This document shows positions 1 to 12,270 of a DNA stretch of 64,000 bases, piece after piece (the stretch's first letter is position 1; each line of letters opens with the position of its first letter). A program made the translations under genes and the position numbers. A model generated the notes under the pieces. It was not told the DNA's origin, ran no database searches, and saw nothing but the letters and a program-made list of their open reading frames with translations. Origin of the DNA: Lama guanicoe (Eukaryota); NCBI GenBank assembly GCA_013239625.1, contig MU053513.1:454370-518369 (forward strand), in the 5' to 3' direction.

Positions 1-59
1 ACTATAGAAACCAAGCTTCTCTCTTATGTTCTCACTCTTTCTTACACTACACATCCAAC

Positions 60-217
60 AATGACACATTTGACACTGTGTGGTCTTGATTTATTTTTTA
101 TACGTTTGTCTCTACTGCCAACATATTAGCTTGGAGACCCGGAATGGTGTCTTGCTTTTCTTTGTCTCCTCAGCACATGTCAGAGTTTCCAGGAGTTCTT
201 AACAAGTATTTATTGAA
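60..217 (+). mobile_element. L2 LINE 3' end fragment
   Basis: Degenerate L2 tail: ...tgtcttgcttttctttgtctcctcagcac...aacaagtatttattgaa. Confidence 0.55.
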
Positions 218-268
218 GTTCAGACTTTGAAAAATGTTTTCACATACAGGTAATATTTGTTCCAACAC

Positions 269-808
269 AGCATTAGTTCTATTGCTGTTGTAACAAATAA
301 GTGCAATTCAGTGGCTTAAAGCAACGCAAAGGTAGTATGTATAGTTCTGTAGGGTACGGGCAGGCGGTGTTCCTTTCTGGAGACTCTTGCTTAGTTCCGT
401 TGTTGAGAGAAGTCAGTTTCTTTTTGTCCGGGAACTGAGGTCCCTGCTCCCTTGCTGGCTGTTAGCCAAGTGCTGTTCCCAGCCTCCAGGATTAGGGGTT
501 GTCTGCGTTCCTCAACACCCATTTCCCTTCCTCTGTCCCCAAAGCCAGTAACAATGTCCTGAGTTTCTACCAGGCTTTGACTGTCATCTGACTGCCTCAT
601 CTGTCCTCAGATCTTTGGCCATTCTGCCTTCCTCTTCAGTCTTGGGAACCCAGGCCATTGCCCACCTAATCCAGGATAATCTCCCTATTTTAAGCACCAA
701 AGTCTTAATTCTTTCAATGAGATCCCTTTTGCCATGTAAAGCAATATAACTCCAGGTTCCAGGGATTCGGGGATGGGCAATCTGGAAGCTGCTATCCAGT
801 CTGCCATA
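269..808 (-). mobile_element. MaLR solo LTR (MLT1C/D/E-like)
   Basis: cattagttctattgctgttgtaacaaat...agtggcttaaagcaacgcaaa and cccacctaatccaggataatctccctattttaag match the reverse complement of MLT1 LTRs. Confidence 0.85.
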
Positions 809-824
809 AGGAGTATATTTAGAA

Positions 825-955
825 TAATCCTTGTTTGATGGGTGAAGAAACTGAGGTACGATGGCAGTGTGGTTTCCCACGGTCCACAGACGTTATTCAC
901 AGAGCTTCAATCCCAGTCAGACCACATGTCATCAATGTTGGCTCTTTCCACTGGA
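825..955 (-). mobile_element. MIR SINE fragment
   Basis: gggtgaagaaactgaggtac...ttcccacggtccacag...ttcaatcccagtcag is the MIR core in reverse. Confidence 0.6.
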
Positions 956-2302
956 CCTATCATTTTATACCCAAAATAATAATTAGATAACTCTCTGGAT
1001 ATAGCACTGAAATTAAAGCTGTACAGGAAAAACAAACAGGCAAACAAAGCTGATTGCTATTCTTGACTCCCTTCTTCATAGTTGGACCACAAAAGCCGTA
1101 AGACCTAAAGTGGAATTGATGTCAGATGATGAACAGATGGCAGAGTGTAAACAGAGATAAATTCCTCTCCCCTGGACTCACGGTATAAGACGAGGTGGAG
1201 AAACAAGCACTTATAGAAGGGAGAGAGGATCTGTAACCAGTTTACGTCAGACCAAGGCGTGCCTTTTTCAGAGATAGATACACAATTTCTTGACGTCCTC
1301 AAAAGCTGCTGGGTTACGTCTTGGGCATCAAAATACAAAATCTAATAGCTGTGTTTTGCAGTTAGTATGTGGTTTGCTGCAGTTGCCATTAAAAAAAGAG
1401 GGAAAAACACCATGAGCACACTAGCAATCCCTTATCCAATGAGGTGCTTTAAGAAATATAGAGAACAAAAGCTCATGAGTGATTAATTTTAAATGTGGCC
1501 ATTTCAATAGAAGAAGCTCAGTGCCTATCTACAGCACAACCTTGAAAGAGTAACACGTACACACACACACAAATCATATTTCTCCCTGTGAAGGGAGAAT
1601 GTAGCCTTGACTGGGTAAAACTCATCTAAAGCTGTAATGATTAAACACTGTAAATGCGAACTTTGTATTAAATACAATTATAACTGTATTGTAACAATAA
1701 ACCAAACTGCCAGCCAATTCACTTTTCCCAAGCAAGTCTAGTGAACGTTTTGCAAAACCAGTATGAGAAAATCCAATTTTGTTTTGTTTTGATTTTTCCA
1801 TTTCTTTCCTAGATTAAAAAATTGAAATGAATAAATGTGCAAATCGACACTCAGCACTTGATTATGCATGTTAATGAGGGATCAAAGCACTGTATTCGAG
1901 AATAAGAGCTAATCCCCCAAACATTTGTGTTTTTCATTAGAATATGATCATACATACCATCATATAAATGCGCAGGCTCTGTCCACATGACAGCAATTCA
2001 ACTGGTTAAACAATGAACAATTTTAGTAGCCAATGCTTGTTTTGTTTACATGATGCTGAGAGTCTGATATTGTGTTTGTATATGTTAATTCTATGGCTTA
2101 ATTAATTTAAGCCACTAGACATTTTAATACATTCTAGACAAAGCCATATTTATATGAAAATATTCCCATATGCCGCTCCTCTGTGTCTAGCTTCAGCAGC
2201 CATCAGAACCAGCCTTATACGATAGATAAGGCATAATGAAAGGGAAAAGTCTAGAAATATGCATGAAATTAATCATCTTTCTCACTGAGGCAGATATGCC
2301 TC

Positions 2303-2348
2303 TGTGTGTGTGTGTGTGTATGTGTGTGTGTGTGTGTTTGTGTGTGTG
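2303..2348. repeat. (TG)n microsatellite
   Basis: Interrupted TG run seen directly. Confidence 0.95.
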
Positions 2349-2474
2349 CGCCTACATGCACGCAAGTACTCACAGGCAAAACTTTACTGGTGGTTGCAAA
2401 CATTACAATTGTTGTTATTTTTATTATAACGATATTACTTTAACTTAAGAGTGGTAATATGAGCTGTCACAGGA

Positions 2475-2640
2475 TGTAGCTCAGGTAAGAGGAGCACGAT
2501 GGTTTGGGAATTAGGGTACCTGAGATTTTGTTCCATCTAAAGATAGCCTTTGCATGCTATTTGGCAAATCACTTAACCTCTCTAGATCTTGGATTCCTCG
2601 TCCTTAAAAAGAGTCTTATATAAGTTTATTATCTCTAAGA
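2475..2640 (+). mobile_element. MIR SINE fragment
   Basis: ttggcaaatcacttaacctctctagatcttggattcctcgtc resembles the MIR core. Confidence 0.6.
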
Positions 2641-2795
2641 AGTTGACTCATTCCTGGCAGACAGCGTGTATACTTTCAGATAATGTCAGATCTGTCTGGT
2701 TTCTCTTCTATAGCCAGCCTAGACGATGCCACAAATAGCAGCTCCGACCATCTGGGAACTAGGAAATAAACCTGCTTCTCACACATGGCTTAGAT

Positions 2796-2984
2796 CAGAG
2801 TTTCTTAAACTTCTATATGCATAAGCATCACCTTGAGGCTTTCCTTAAAGATGCCAGCTTACTTGTCCCAGTCTCAGTGACTGATTCAAGAACTATGTGG
2901 TGGGGCCTAAAAATGTGCATGTTAATTGTCATCCAAAATGATGCTTTTGCAGATGAGGCTCAGACTATACTTTGAGAAACACCT
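2796..2984 (+). mobile_element. MER5A-type hAT-Charlie MITE
   Basis: cagagtttcttaaactt...gcatcacct...gtggggcctaaaaatgtgcat...actttgagaaacac; ~190 bp, colinear with the MER5A consensus. Confidence 0.85.
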
Positions 2985-3111
2985 ACTCACACTTAGCGGA
3001 AGCTGTAATCACACAGAGAGCATCACCTGTATAGTGAGCAGTCGACATTTGTCTTTGGATTATGGTTATAACTATAAATGAGTTTCTGGTAGAGTCCTGA
3101 TTGTTCAGCAG

Positions 3112-3500
3112 GTGGTTTAGTCTGGTTTCTCCAGATGAGAACACTGAGAGGAGAATCTGTGCACAAGTATTCTCAGGAGAAGCCAGAACAAGAATGGAGA
3201 ACTCAGGATAGCTTCAGGCGAAGAAATTTAGCAAGGTGAAATCACACATTCAGAGAGCTACATACATTGTTGTTTATCACACCAGGAGGTAACAATGCTG
3301 TGCATTTAAACCTCTTTGGCTATTGTATGCCCCGTGGGAACTGAGACTCCCAGGCAATTTCCTCCCTGAGATGAGTGGCTCCAGGACTAAAAGGAGAGTC
3401 TTTTGAATATGATTGCAAATTTCAGCCCCTAGATGAAGCACATGCAGAAGTTGGGGGTACATTTTCCAAGGGTATCTGATTGGGCTGGGATCCAACAGTT
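3112..3500 (-). mobile_element. Old ERVL LTR fragment (LTR16-like)
   Basis: ttagtctggtttctccagatgagaacactgagaggagaatctgtgcacaagta resembles the reverse 3' end of LTR16-type LTRs; heavily diverged. Confidence 0.45.
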
Positions 3501-3632
3501 TCCACCTCCGCTGGCTCCCTCACATTTTATCTTCCCTTGTTAACTTTACTTAAGTACTCAACACTTGCAAGCTAGACATTTCTTGCTTATGACATTCAGT
3601 TGGTCTGAGGACCCTGAAAATGGAAATTAAAT

Positions 3633-4118
3633 TGAAAAATGAAAACGTTCAACTTCAAAATATGCCACTTTGGCATATTGATTATTTTGAGTTAAAGACA
3701 ATTGAGAAACAGCAGGTGCCAGAAAGGAACTCTGACCTTCCTTTTTCTTCCTAAAAGCAGGAGATAAAACTCCATGTGAAAGATGTTCTCTCTGCGCCGG
3801 GAAGAAGGAAGGCATTCTTACTACCAGAGATGGGAAATTGAGGCTAAGAAATTTGTACAAGCAACTCTTATTAAGTCAACCCTTACTTCCTAGCCATTTC
3901 TCTACAACTGACTGCCCCAGATCAAAGGTCTTTGTCTAAAAGGTATAAAAGCTTTGTGCTCTGGTCACTTCCTTGGGTTTTCATTCTCTTGAGAAGACTC
4001 TCATGGAATAATTTAATAAATGTGTATCCTTTACTCTGTATACCTCTCTTAAATCATTTCAATTCTTAGACCCAGCCAGAGACACTAAGAAAGTAGAAGA
4101 GAATGTTTCTTCCCTGAA
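3633..4118 (+). mobile_element. ERV1 solo LTR, MER34A-like
   Basis: caaaatatgccactttggcatattgattattttgagttaaagacaattgagaaacagcag is a MER34A hallmark; TATAAAA near 3944 and AATAAA near 4015. Confidence 0.88.
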
Positions 4119-7100
4119 AGAGCCAATTCACTTAGATTCTTTCCTCCATGTTCTTCTGTTCTGTTTGTGTTTCCTAATTTGGGCCTCAGTGTACTTTCTC
4201 AGAACTGGATCACAGTGTGTCATACACTGGTGACCACAGAACATGTGACATTCAAAATATGACACGGCTTCTTTTCTTTGGTGAATCTTCATGAATTTTG
4301 AACTCCGATCCTCAGACTACTGCCTGCTAAGCACACACTATCCTGCTGAACTTTCCATTTGTGTGTCCATTCGACTGTCACTCATGGATTGTGCTAAGAC
4401 AACTGCCCAAACAAGCTTGGCTTGATTCAATTCAAATTTAATGAGATTATCTAGAGTTCACAGATCAGCTCAGAATTAGGTTTGGGAAAAAGAAGTCTTT
4501 GTAATGGCATGATGATTTAAAAGATATGTAACATTTTAACACCAAAGTTTAATGTTTTAAAGTTTCTAATTAGGCAATGTAATCCAGTGCACAAAGCAGT
4601 CTGTTCCCTGTCTCCTATACAAATATAAAATGCTAGTTAGGACTACTTAATAAAGATAGTAAAAAATGACCATTGGGTAGGTTTAAAAAATCAAATTAAA
4701 ATTATCTCATATGCCTTTAATGTCTTACTATGGGGGCTATTTAATTGCATATAAACCTAGAAGTAGCTGCAAAATTCTTTCAATGGAAACAGATAGAGAT
4801 GATTTTTTTCTTGTTTTCTGTCTGTTCGGCCAATGAAATCATTAAGATGTTGGTGAACCAAAGAGCAAGAAACATATTTCTTGCAGTTATACTGTACTTC
4901 TAGTGACTAGGGATGAATAGAGCAAACTCTGGATATATTGACCAAAATTACATATCTGAAAGAAAATTAGAACTACAAATATTAAAGAAAATTCTTCTAC
5001 AAGATGATCAATTTAGAGTACCTGGAGGTAGTTGTATTTTTATGTATTGTTTACTTTTTCACAAGCCCCTATCTACCTATCAGACAAAAGATAAAATCTT
5101 GAAAGTTGTATTGTGAGCATGTGCATATGTGTAGCTGAAAATGCCTTCAATATTGGAGAATAAATAGAATAAGTCAATCAGTTCTATCTTCTCTAGATAT
5201 AATGATTTGATTAGTCATCACAAGTTTGCATAGCAGGGATTTTCACTAGGAATAAAAAAAACTATTTTATTAAAATTACTAGTTTGAATATTTTCTTTCC
5301 ATTTATTTGACTAGGTATTAGGCTAAAATTAACTGACTGTTTTGGTTCATCTAAACATCTAACACATACTAGCACTAATCACATAACCTTCTGGTATCTC
5401 CAAGCATTTATTAAAATGTGATGGACTGGCCAATAACTAGAGTTGAGAATTGGCAAATGAAATATCTAGATTCCAAAACAATACCCTTTGACAACTCAGG
5501 TTCTGTGAATGGAAAACAACGTAGGTACAGATTCGTTCCATGAAAGCAGAAGATGAGGAGGTGGGTACGGCAGGGATTCTGTTGGTTCGGGAAAAGCAGA
5601 ATATATGGCAAGCAGAATCCTTTTTGTAAAAGTGTGGTGGTATTTACAGACTTTAAATTATGTTAGGTTTCCTTTGAGTGTATTTAATAACCATTTTGTA
5701 CTTAGAATTGAAGCAGCATCTCCCAGGTTATTGTGAACGGGGTGGAGGCTTCTCTCACATACCATTGTGCACAGCCCTGTATCTGCCAAACTCTAGTTAA
5801 TTACCTAAGGCATTTTACTGTGCAGACAAGCCAAGGTAACCCACAGGGATTGTATTTTTGTAACACTAATCAAGTTTATCTTTTTACTGCTCAAAGCTAA
5901 TCATAATAGCTATGAAATCTAACTTTTCCCTATTTTGGATAATGCCAATCTTGTGTGCCAAATAGCCCTGATGGTTTAACATTTGGGATGCCACACAAAT
6001 GATCTATAATAAATCACATGGACCAAAGTGCTATCAAGTGCTCAGCTAGGTTACTAGAGACTGTTGGGGAAACAAAAGGACAAGACAATTTAAAGGGGGA
6101 AAATACTTATTCATCATCTATCTATCATGGACAATCTACCTGTGTATTTAGTAGCCTTTATATCTATAGACACACATTTATACACATACAGAAAAAAACT
6201 GAATTGAATTTTTTAATTATAAAGGCATGTACAGGCATAGTTTATTTTGGGGCTGTCATTATTTCTTGTCATTTAGTTGGCTTTAAATAAGGAATTAATT
6301 TAAAAAAAACCTGCAATCAATTCCACATTATTTTATAAGGTTTCTTTCATTCATTTATTCACTTAAGTTTACTAAGGTTAATTTTTACCCAAGAAATAAT
6401 GTGTATGTACTGACATTTTCCAAGAGTATTTTCTTCAAAGCCCACATTTTATTTTTATTTATTTCAAAAAGTTGATCTTTATCATCAGTTCAAATGCTCT
6501 ATTACATTAACAATATATAAGATTAAAATAGCAATGAAGAATGTGAGCCACTTAGAATTGACATCCCTCTCAGTTGAGTTACCAGTGGTGCTGCAGAAAT
6601 TAACACAGCTCCGATCTTCATTTGAATCTAGAGTTACAAGAGCCATTATGTACGGCTTGTGAAGAAAGCGTTTGGAAAGGAAAGGGGAGAAAGCTGCTCC
6701 TCTTTGTCAGACAACCTCATAGTAAGAATTAGTCTCCTTAGACATGTCCTGCAGGGAAATAATTTAAAGAAGTCTTTTCACAGCTTGACAACTGTCTTCA
6801 TGATTTCAGCTTCCTCATTAATTCAAAGATCCATAAATGAGAAATAGAATTTAAATTTATGTCAAAATTTGTGTTTTAAAGTAATTTCCAATGGTGAAAT
6901 GATCAGTTGAAATGTGAAGTTCTTTATTATCTTTTAAGAATTTTTCTACTTTCCATAGTAACATGTTTTACAAATAATTTCAACCCTTTAACCTCTGGCT
7001 GTTTGAGCAAACCATTAGGTTAGACATAAGATTTTTTTAAGTAATAATAAGACAAAAAGAAAAAGATAATATCTAGAAAATGTTTAATGTAAATGTTATT

Positions 7101-7619
7101 TTTGTTTTGGATTATCCACTTAGGTAGCTTTAAAAAACTTACTCATATTTCAATGTCCTGAGATTCATAGCTATTAGAAAAGAAAATGCATTCTATAAGT
7201 ATTGCTAATAAATTCAATGTATATTAAATATTACACAGTGAGAATATATTCATGTCACTTACTAGATATCACATCAACTTAATGCTAATTAGTCATGACA
7301 AAAAGTCATATCAAGTGATTTTCAGAAAGAAGCACAAGTTATTGATTCAACATACATTCAAAAATAAAAATAAGTAAAGTGTGCTTATGACAACAGATGT
7401 ATATAAAAAAAGAGCAAGACAATTTTAGTTGACAATCTGTTCAATGATTCAGCAGTGTCATGTCATTCCCACAAAATATTTGTGTTACATAATTTTAAGG
7501 CACACTTAAAATATAGGTATGCAATGTTTAGATAATAGCTCCAAACCTTCTTTTTTACCATTTTTTTTTTTTGGTCAAATTGTGCTTACGGTATAGAGTT
7601 GTTCACTATATACATACAG

Positions 7620-8149
7620 TGGATTAGTGTTGGGTATACATGTTTTGTCATTTTTTTCCATTAAGAGGTAAAGCCTGTTTTCATTCCCTTTGAACCTGGA
7701 CTAACCTTGCTCAAAAGAATGAAGCAGAAATGACAATCATGTATCTTTGAAGCTGAGTCTTAGATCTGCAGATTCCGGCTCTCCTAAAACATTTCATGTT
7801 GGAAGCCAGCTGTCCTGCTGTGAGGAAGTCTCACTCCCTGCAAAGGCCATGTCGAGGGAAACTGAGGCACTCTTGCTGATAGACACAGCTGAGCCCCAAA
7901 CAGCGTGCCAACCACCAATCACGAAAGCAAGCCCTAATGGATCCTTCAGGCCAGTCGAGCCTCCTGATGGCTATAGTCCAAGCTAATGCCACGTGGAGCA
8001 GAAAACCATCCAGCTGGTTCGTGTCAACCACGTAATCATGAGAGACAAAAAATGGTTGCTTGGTTTTGTCACTAATTTTTTTAGTGACAATTAATTGATT
8101 TTTGAGGACCTGTTACCAGCTTATCACATGGTAATAGATAACTGAAGCA
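7620..8149 (+). mobile_element. MaLR solo LTR (MLT1F/G/H-like)
   Basis: ccattaagaggtaaagcc...cccttt gaacctggact...agaatgaagcagaaatgac...gtaatcatgagaga...gtaatagataactgaagca. Confidence 0.8.
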
Positions 8150-8789
8150 ACTTTAAAGAGTTATAGGAGTGTATTTAAAGGGCTGAGCCTCTCATCACTC
8201 ACAAGTATTAGCAAGGGCTTCGAGATTAGCGATATTGCTCTCAGCTTGGTGTCAAACATGGCAGGTGTCCTCAGCTTCCCTCTAAAGCTCATTGCTCAGC
8301 CAGGTCTTTGGGGTCCAGTCTCTGGATCAGTTCATAATAAATATCCTAAATCTCCTCTGAGACTTCAGTTCTATTCTGATTAGAAGAATGTGGTTGGTGC
8401 CTAGACAACCTATCTCACGCTTTTCAGGTCCTCTTTCTCTGAGCTCACATGATTTCTTACATTGGCTTGACTAGGTGGTGGGCTAATCCAAACATATTAA
8501 GTCAGCAGAATCCACAACACTTTCATTCAAATAACTTTGAAATCATATGGCTCTCAGTCCCATTGAGGACTCTGGAAAATCTCAGCTCTCTAAAGGCCTC
8601 TTTTAGAATAACCAAATGATTTTATTATAGTCAGAGATGGTTGAACTGTTTCCAAGTGTATTTTGTAACAATCAAAGTCCATTGGAATTTCTTGATAAAA
8701 TAACAGTGAGCATTGGAACTTGATGATATGAAGAAGGGGGTAAACAGCGAAGAAAAAATAACAGTTAACTCTGTTCTAAATATTTTATG

Positions 8790-10080
8790 ATTATTGACTC
8801 ATGTATTCATTAAATAGGTTTTGTAAAGTTTACGCATGAACAATGTTGAGATGTTTATAATCTGGTTTTGATGACAGACACACAGTTGACAGTAGTGTGA
8901 GTCAGGATGAATCAAATGCCGAAAAAGAAGTTCCTTTAGACTATGTGAGCCCAGTCTAAAGGAATTCTGACTTTAGAAACTGACTAGAGAGGAGACAATA
9001 GGGTTTGTGGAAATCTTGAAAGGAAACATAGGCATTAATATAAGAGATTAGGACAAGAAGACGTTTATAGTCAAAGAGGAAAGTAACTGAATTCCAGATT
9101 GAAGGGATGCAGTGAACAAAAGGATAGTCAGCACAGGGAACCGGGGAAGTTGGATAAGCTAATACAGTAGGGAGATAACTATAAAACAGAAGTTTGAAGT
9201 CAAGTTTCTTAGCCTTTGCTATGAAATTCGCAAATTGATGGGGGGGTAATATAGCAGTAGGGAATGCTTTTGAGGGGGACAGTTGGGTATCTGACTAAAT
9301 CAATATTTTGGAAAGATAGCTGGTGACAGAATGGAGGATGATCTTCAGAGTAGATGGACATGTAGCAGATAGAATATTTAGGGGGTATCCGCTAGTAGAG
9401 AAAAGATGAAAATACCTAAGAGTAAATGGGAATGAAAAGGGGGTAACTATATTAAAAGATGATCTTAACAAAATTCATGGCTGATTGGGAGCCTGAGGTT
9501 GGAAAGAAACAACTTTGAAGTTTCCAAGCTGGGTGGCGAGGAAGATCATGCTGTAATCATCTTGGGGAAGGCGATAAGAGTCTTTTGAGATAAAAAGGGA
9601 AGAGAGGCATAATAAGAACATGCTGGTATTACTTGGAGATTACAGGCAAGCATTTGCAATTCATCTGTAAAACTCATAAGAAAAAAACTAAGAAAGTGTT
9701 ACCAATAAAAGACAAATCAGTTGTAGCAAGAAATTGAAGCCATGAGAAGAGAGGAAATGTGCAGAAGAGAACAGAACAAAACCTATGGGAATCCCAAGGA
9801 TTCCGGAGGATGAACAGACGCGCCAGAGAAGCAGGGTAAGAAATCGTGAGAGAGTCGCATTATTCAATCAAAGCAGAAGTTCACGGAGAAGGGTGAACCA
9901 CGGGGTCAAAAGCTGCGAAAGGTTAAAGATGATGAAAAACAAAAAACCCCAAATTGGACCCAATAATGAGAAGACAGGCATAGGGAAATTGAGCTAGCAA
10001 GCATTATACCAATATTTCAAGACAATTAGCCGAGAAAGGAAGAGAGCATTACAGAAATGCTAACTGAGGTGTACAGATCA
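8790..10080 (-). mobile_element. L2 LINE, long degraded fragment
   Basis: Purine-rich reverse-L2 signature (ttttggaaagat, tttccaagctgggtg, gtcaaaagctgcgaaaggttaaagatgatgaa). Confidence 0.7.
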
Positions 10081-11419
10081 TCCGCATGTACAACAACAGC
10101 CTCTCAGAAGAGCTCAGTTATAAATGGTCCAAAAATGCTTCTGAGTGTAGAATAATGAATTGTAGATTAGTGATTTACAACGTACAGTATTTCATTTAAG
10201 GAATATGCTATTATACATTCCTAAATGATACTGGCACTGCTAGAACAGGAACACATGGACTACTTAGGAGCCACATCTGGGTAGTTTTCATTTATTTTCA
10301 TCTATAGTTATAGGCAAATTCATCTTAAACATTTTGTTGTATAATTTTATATGAGTTGAATATGTATTGGGTACATCCAATAATTAAAGCTTGATTAGGG
10401 ATTCATTTAAACCATATTTCTTAAAAAATAACCCCAGAGACTAATACATTATTTCAATACCATACACAATTGTTACTGATCTTAAAAATATAATAAATTT
10501 TTATTCTACCTGAGTAGTGTTAAGATACAGAGTAAATAGATTATATTGTTCATTTTAATACTTGACACTATTCATTAATCAAGAGCAGTTTCACTTCCAC
10601 AGGAAGATCACAAAGTTTACAGGTAATAGGGCAATGCCACTGTGTTTTGATTTTATTTTGAAGAAAAACTATAGACTCTCAATGTTTACAGAGAACAGAG
10701 CAATACAAAGAGACTTTCAAAAATAGTTCATGAAATCTTTTGTAGATTGCTTTCAGTCTGTAATTAGAAGTTCCTCTTCTGAAGGGTCACTTATGCTTAC
10801 AGTACTTTAGTTAAATCAATGAGTGTAGCAGTTTCATTTTATGTAGTAAATGTTATGATGTGAAACCTTCTGCCCGTACAGTCAGGTGCTTCCCAATCGA
10901 TCGTGACCAAGGACCCCAGCAAGGATTCCAGGAGGTCAAACCTGTGAGTTGAGAAGGGGGTCTGAGGCTTTGACTACCTCTTTTGTTTAAATATATTTGG
11001 GAAACTTGGGGAAATACCTCAAGGGAATCTGGATATTTTTCATTTGTTTGTGATTAAAAACAAATAAAAAAAATCTTTAACTGAAGACACTTAATTAAAG
11101 CTAAAGGAGAAAGTAAACCACTTAACAGCAGGGGTACCCATGAATACAAATTCTTCATTAATTGGATAAAAGCGGAGGAGAAAAACCTTTCCAAAAATAT
11201 TGCTATGTGTTTCCGAACACATTTCGTTAAGTGCATTCTTTAATCAGTGATCAGCATAGACGAGGCTGAGACCTCCCATTGTCATGGCTTCAAACAACTT
11301 TCAGGTAACACATCACAGTAAGAGGGCAGGATGGAAACTGGAAGGACATTATTTTTGTTACACAGACAGAAAAAAAGGGCCATTATCTGCTCTTGGGTGG
11401 AGCCTGTACTGCACTACAA

Positions 11420-12270
11420 AGCAAAGACCATTCATTCATTCATTCACTTAATCAACAGTGTTTTCTTGTCTCCAGCGCCTGTGGTCCTATGCCAGGTGTG
11501 AAGTACAGACTTGTGAACAGTAAGGACAACGACGGAGAGTGTCAGTCCCAAGTGGTAACGGCCACAATGCAGATGAGGATGAGGACCACGTGGTCCAGGA
11601 CGACTAGGGTGATACAATTAACTCAGCCTTGGGAGGACAAAATATGTTCTTCTGAGGAAGTGACTTCTATACTTACACGTCAGAATAAGAGAAATTGACT
11701 AGTCAAAGAAAGAGGGAAAAGAATGTCATTGTCAGTGTTCAAAGATAAACTGAGGCATAGTCAACATTTTAAGAGTTTGAGCGAAGTTGACTTGAATCGG
11801 GGGGTACCAAACTGGAAGTAGTTAGGAGCACTTCGAATGGGAGTCAGGGGAGAGGCTTTTCTGGAGGAGATCCAGGAGCAAAGCAAAGAAATTACTTGAT
11901 TGGACATGACTTCAGCAGCTGTCTTGTTTGGGCAAGTCTAGTTGGCGGTTTGTGATTGGTTGTCCCAGGTTTTGGTTTCCCACCCTTGAAACATTTATAG
12001 GCAGGATTTAGGTTGCTTTCAAAGGCTGTGAAGTATTAGAACCAACTCAGTTGAATGGCCTCCTTGTTTAATTAATTTAGCAGCAGAAGGAGTGATATAT
12101 GCAGATACCAGAAAGCAGGGAGAACCTGAAACATCTGTAACTCAAGGGATTCCATGTGGCTGGACCAGGAGGAGCAGAGGGAGAGGCAGGGAGTGAAGAT
12201 AAGGCAAAGGTAGAGGCAGGGACCAGTTAACGACAGGCTTCTTAGGCTGTGTCCACAGGGATGGATGGTA
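11420..12270 (-). mobile_element. L2 LINE 3' fragment interrupted by an ERV1 LTR
   Basis: Starts ttcattcattcattcact (reverse L2 tail); ...gggaaaagaatgtcat [LTR] gcagaaggagtgatatatgcaga continues the L2 pattern across the insertion. Confidence 0.75.
11730..12082 (-). mobile_element. ERV1-class solo LTR nested in L2
   Basis: Bounded by tg...ca; ends cctccttgtttaattaatttagca (TGCTAAATTAATTAAAC on minus); two gattgg (CCAAT boxes on minus). Confidence 0.7.

Noticed and set aside
10884..11150. Possible hAT-Charlie element starting caggtgcttcccaa
   Set aside because: No matching opposite TIR or family could be established by eye.
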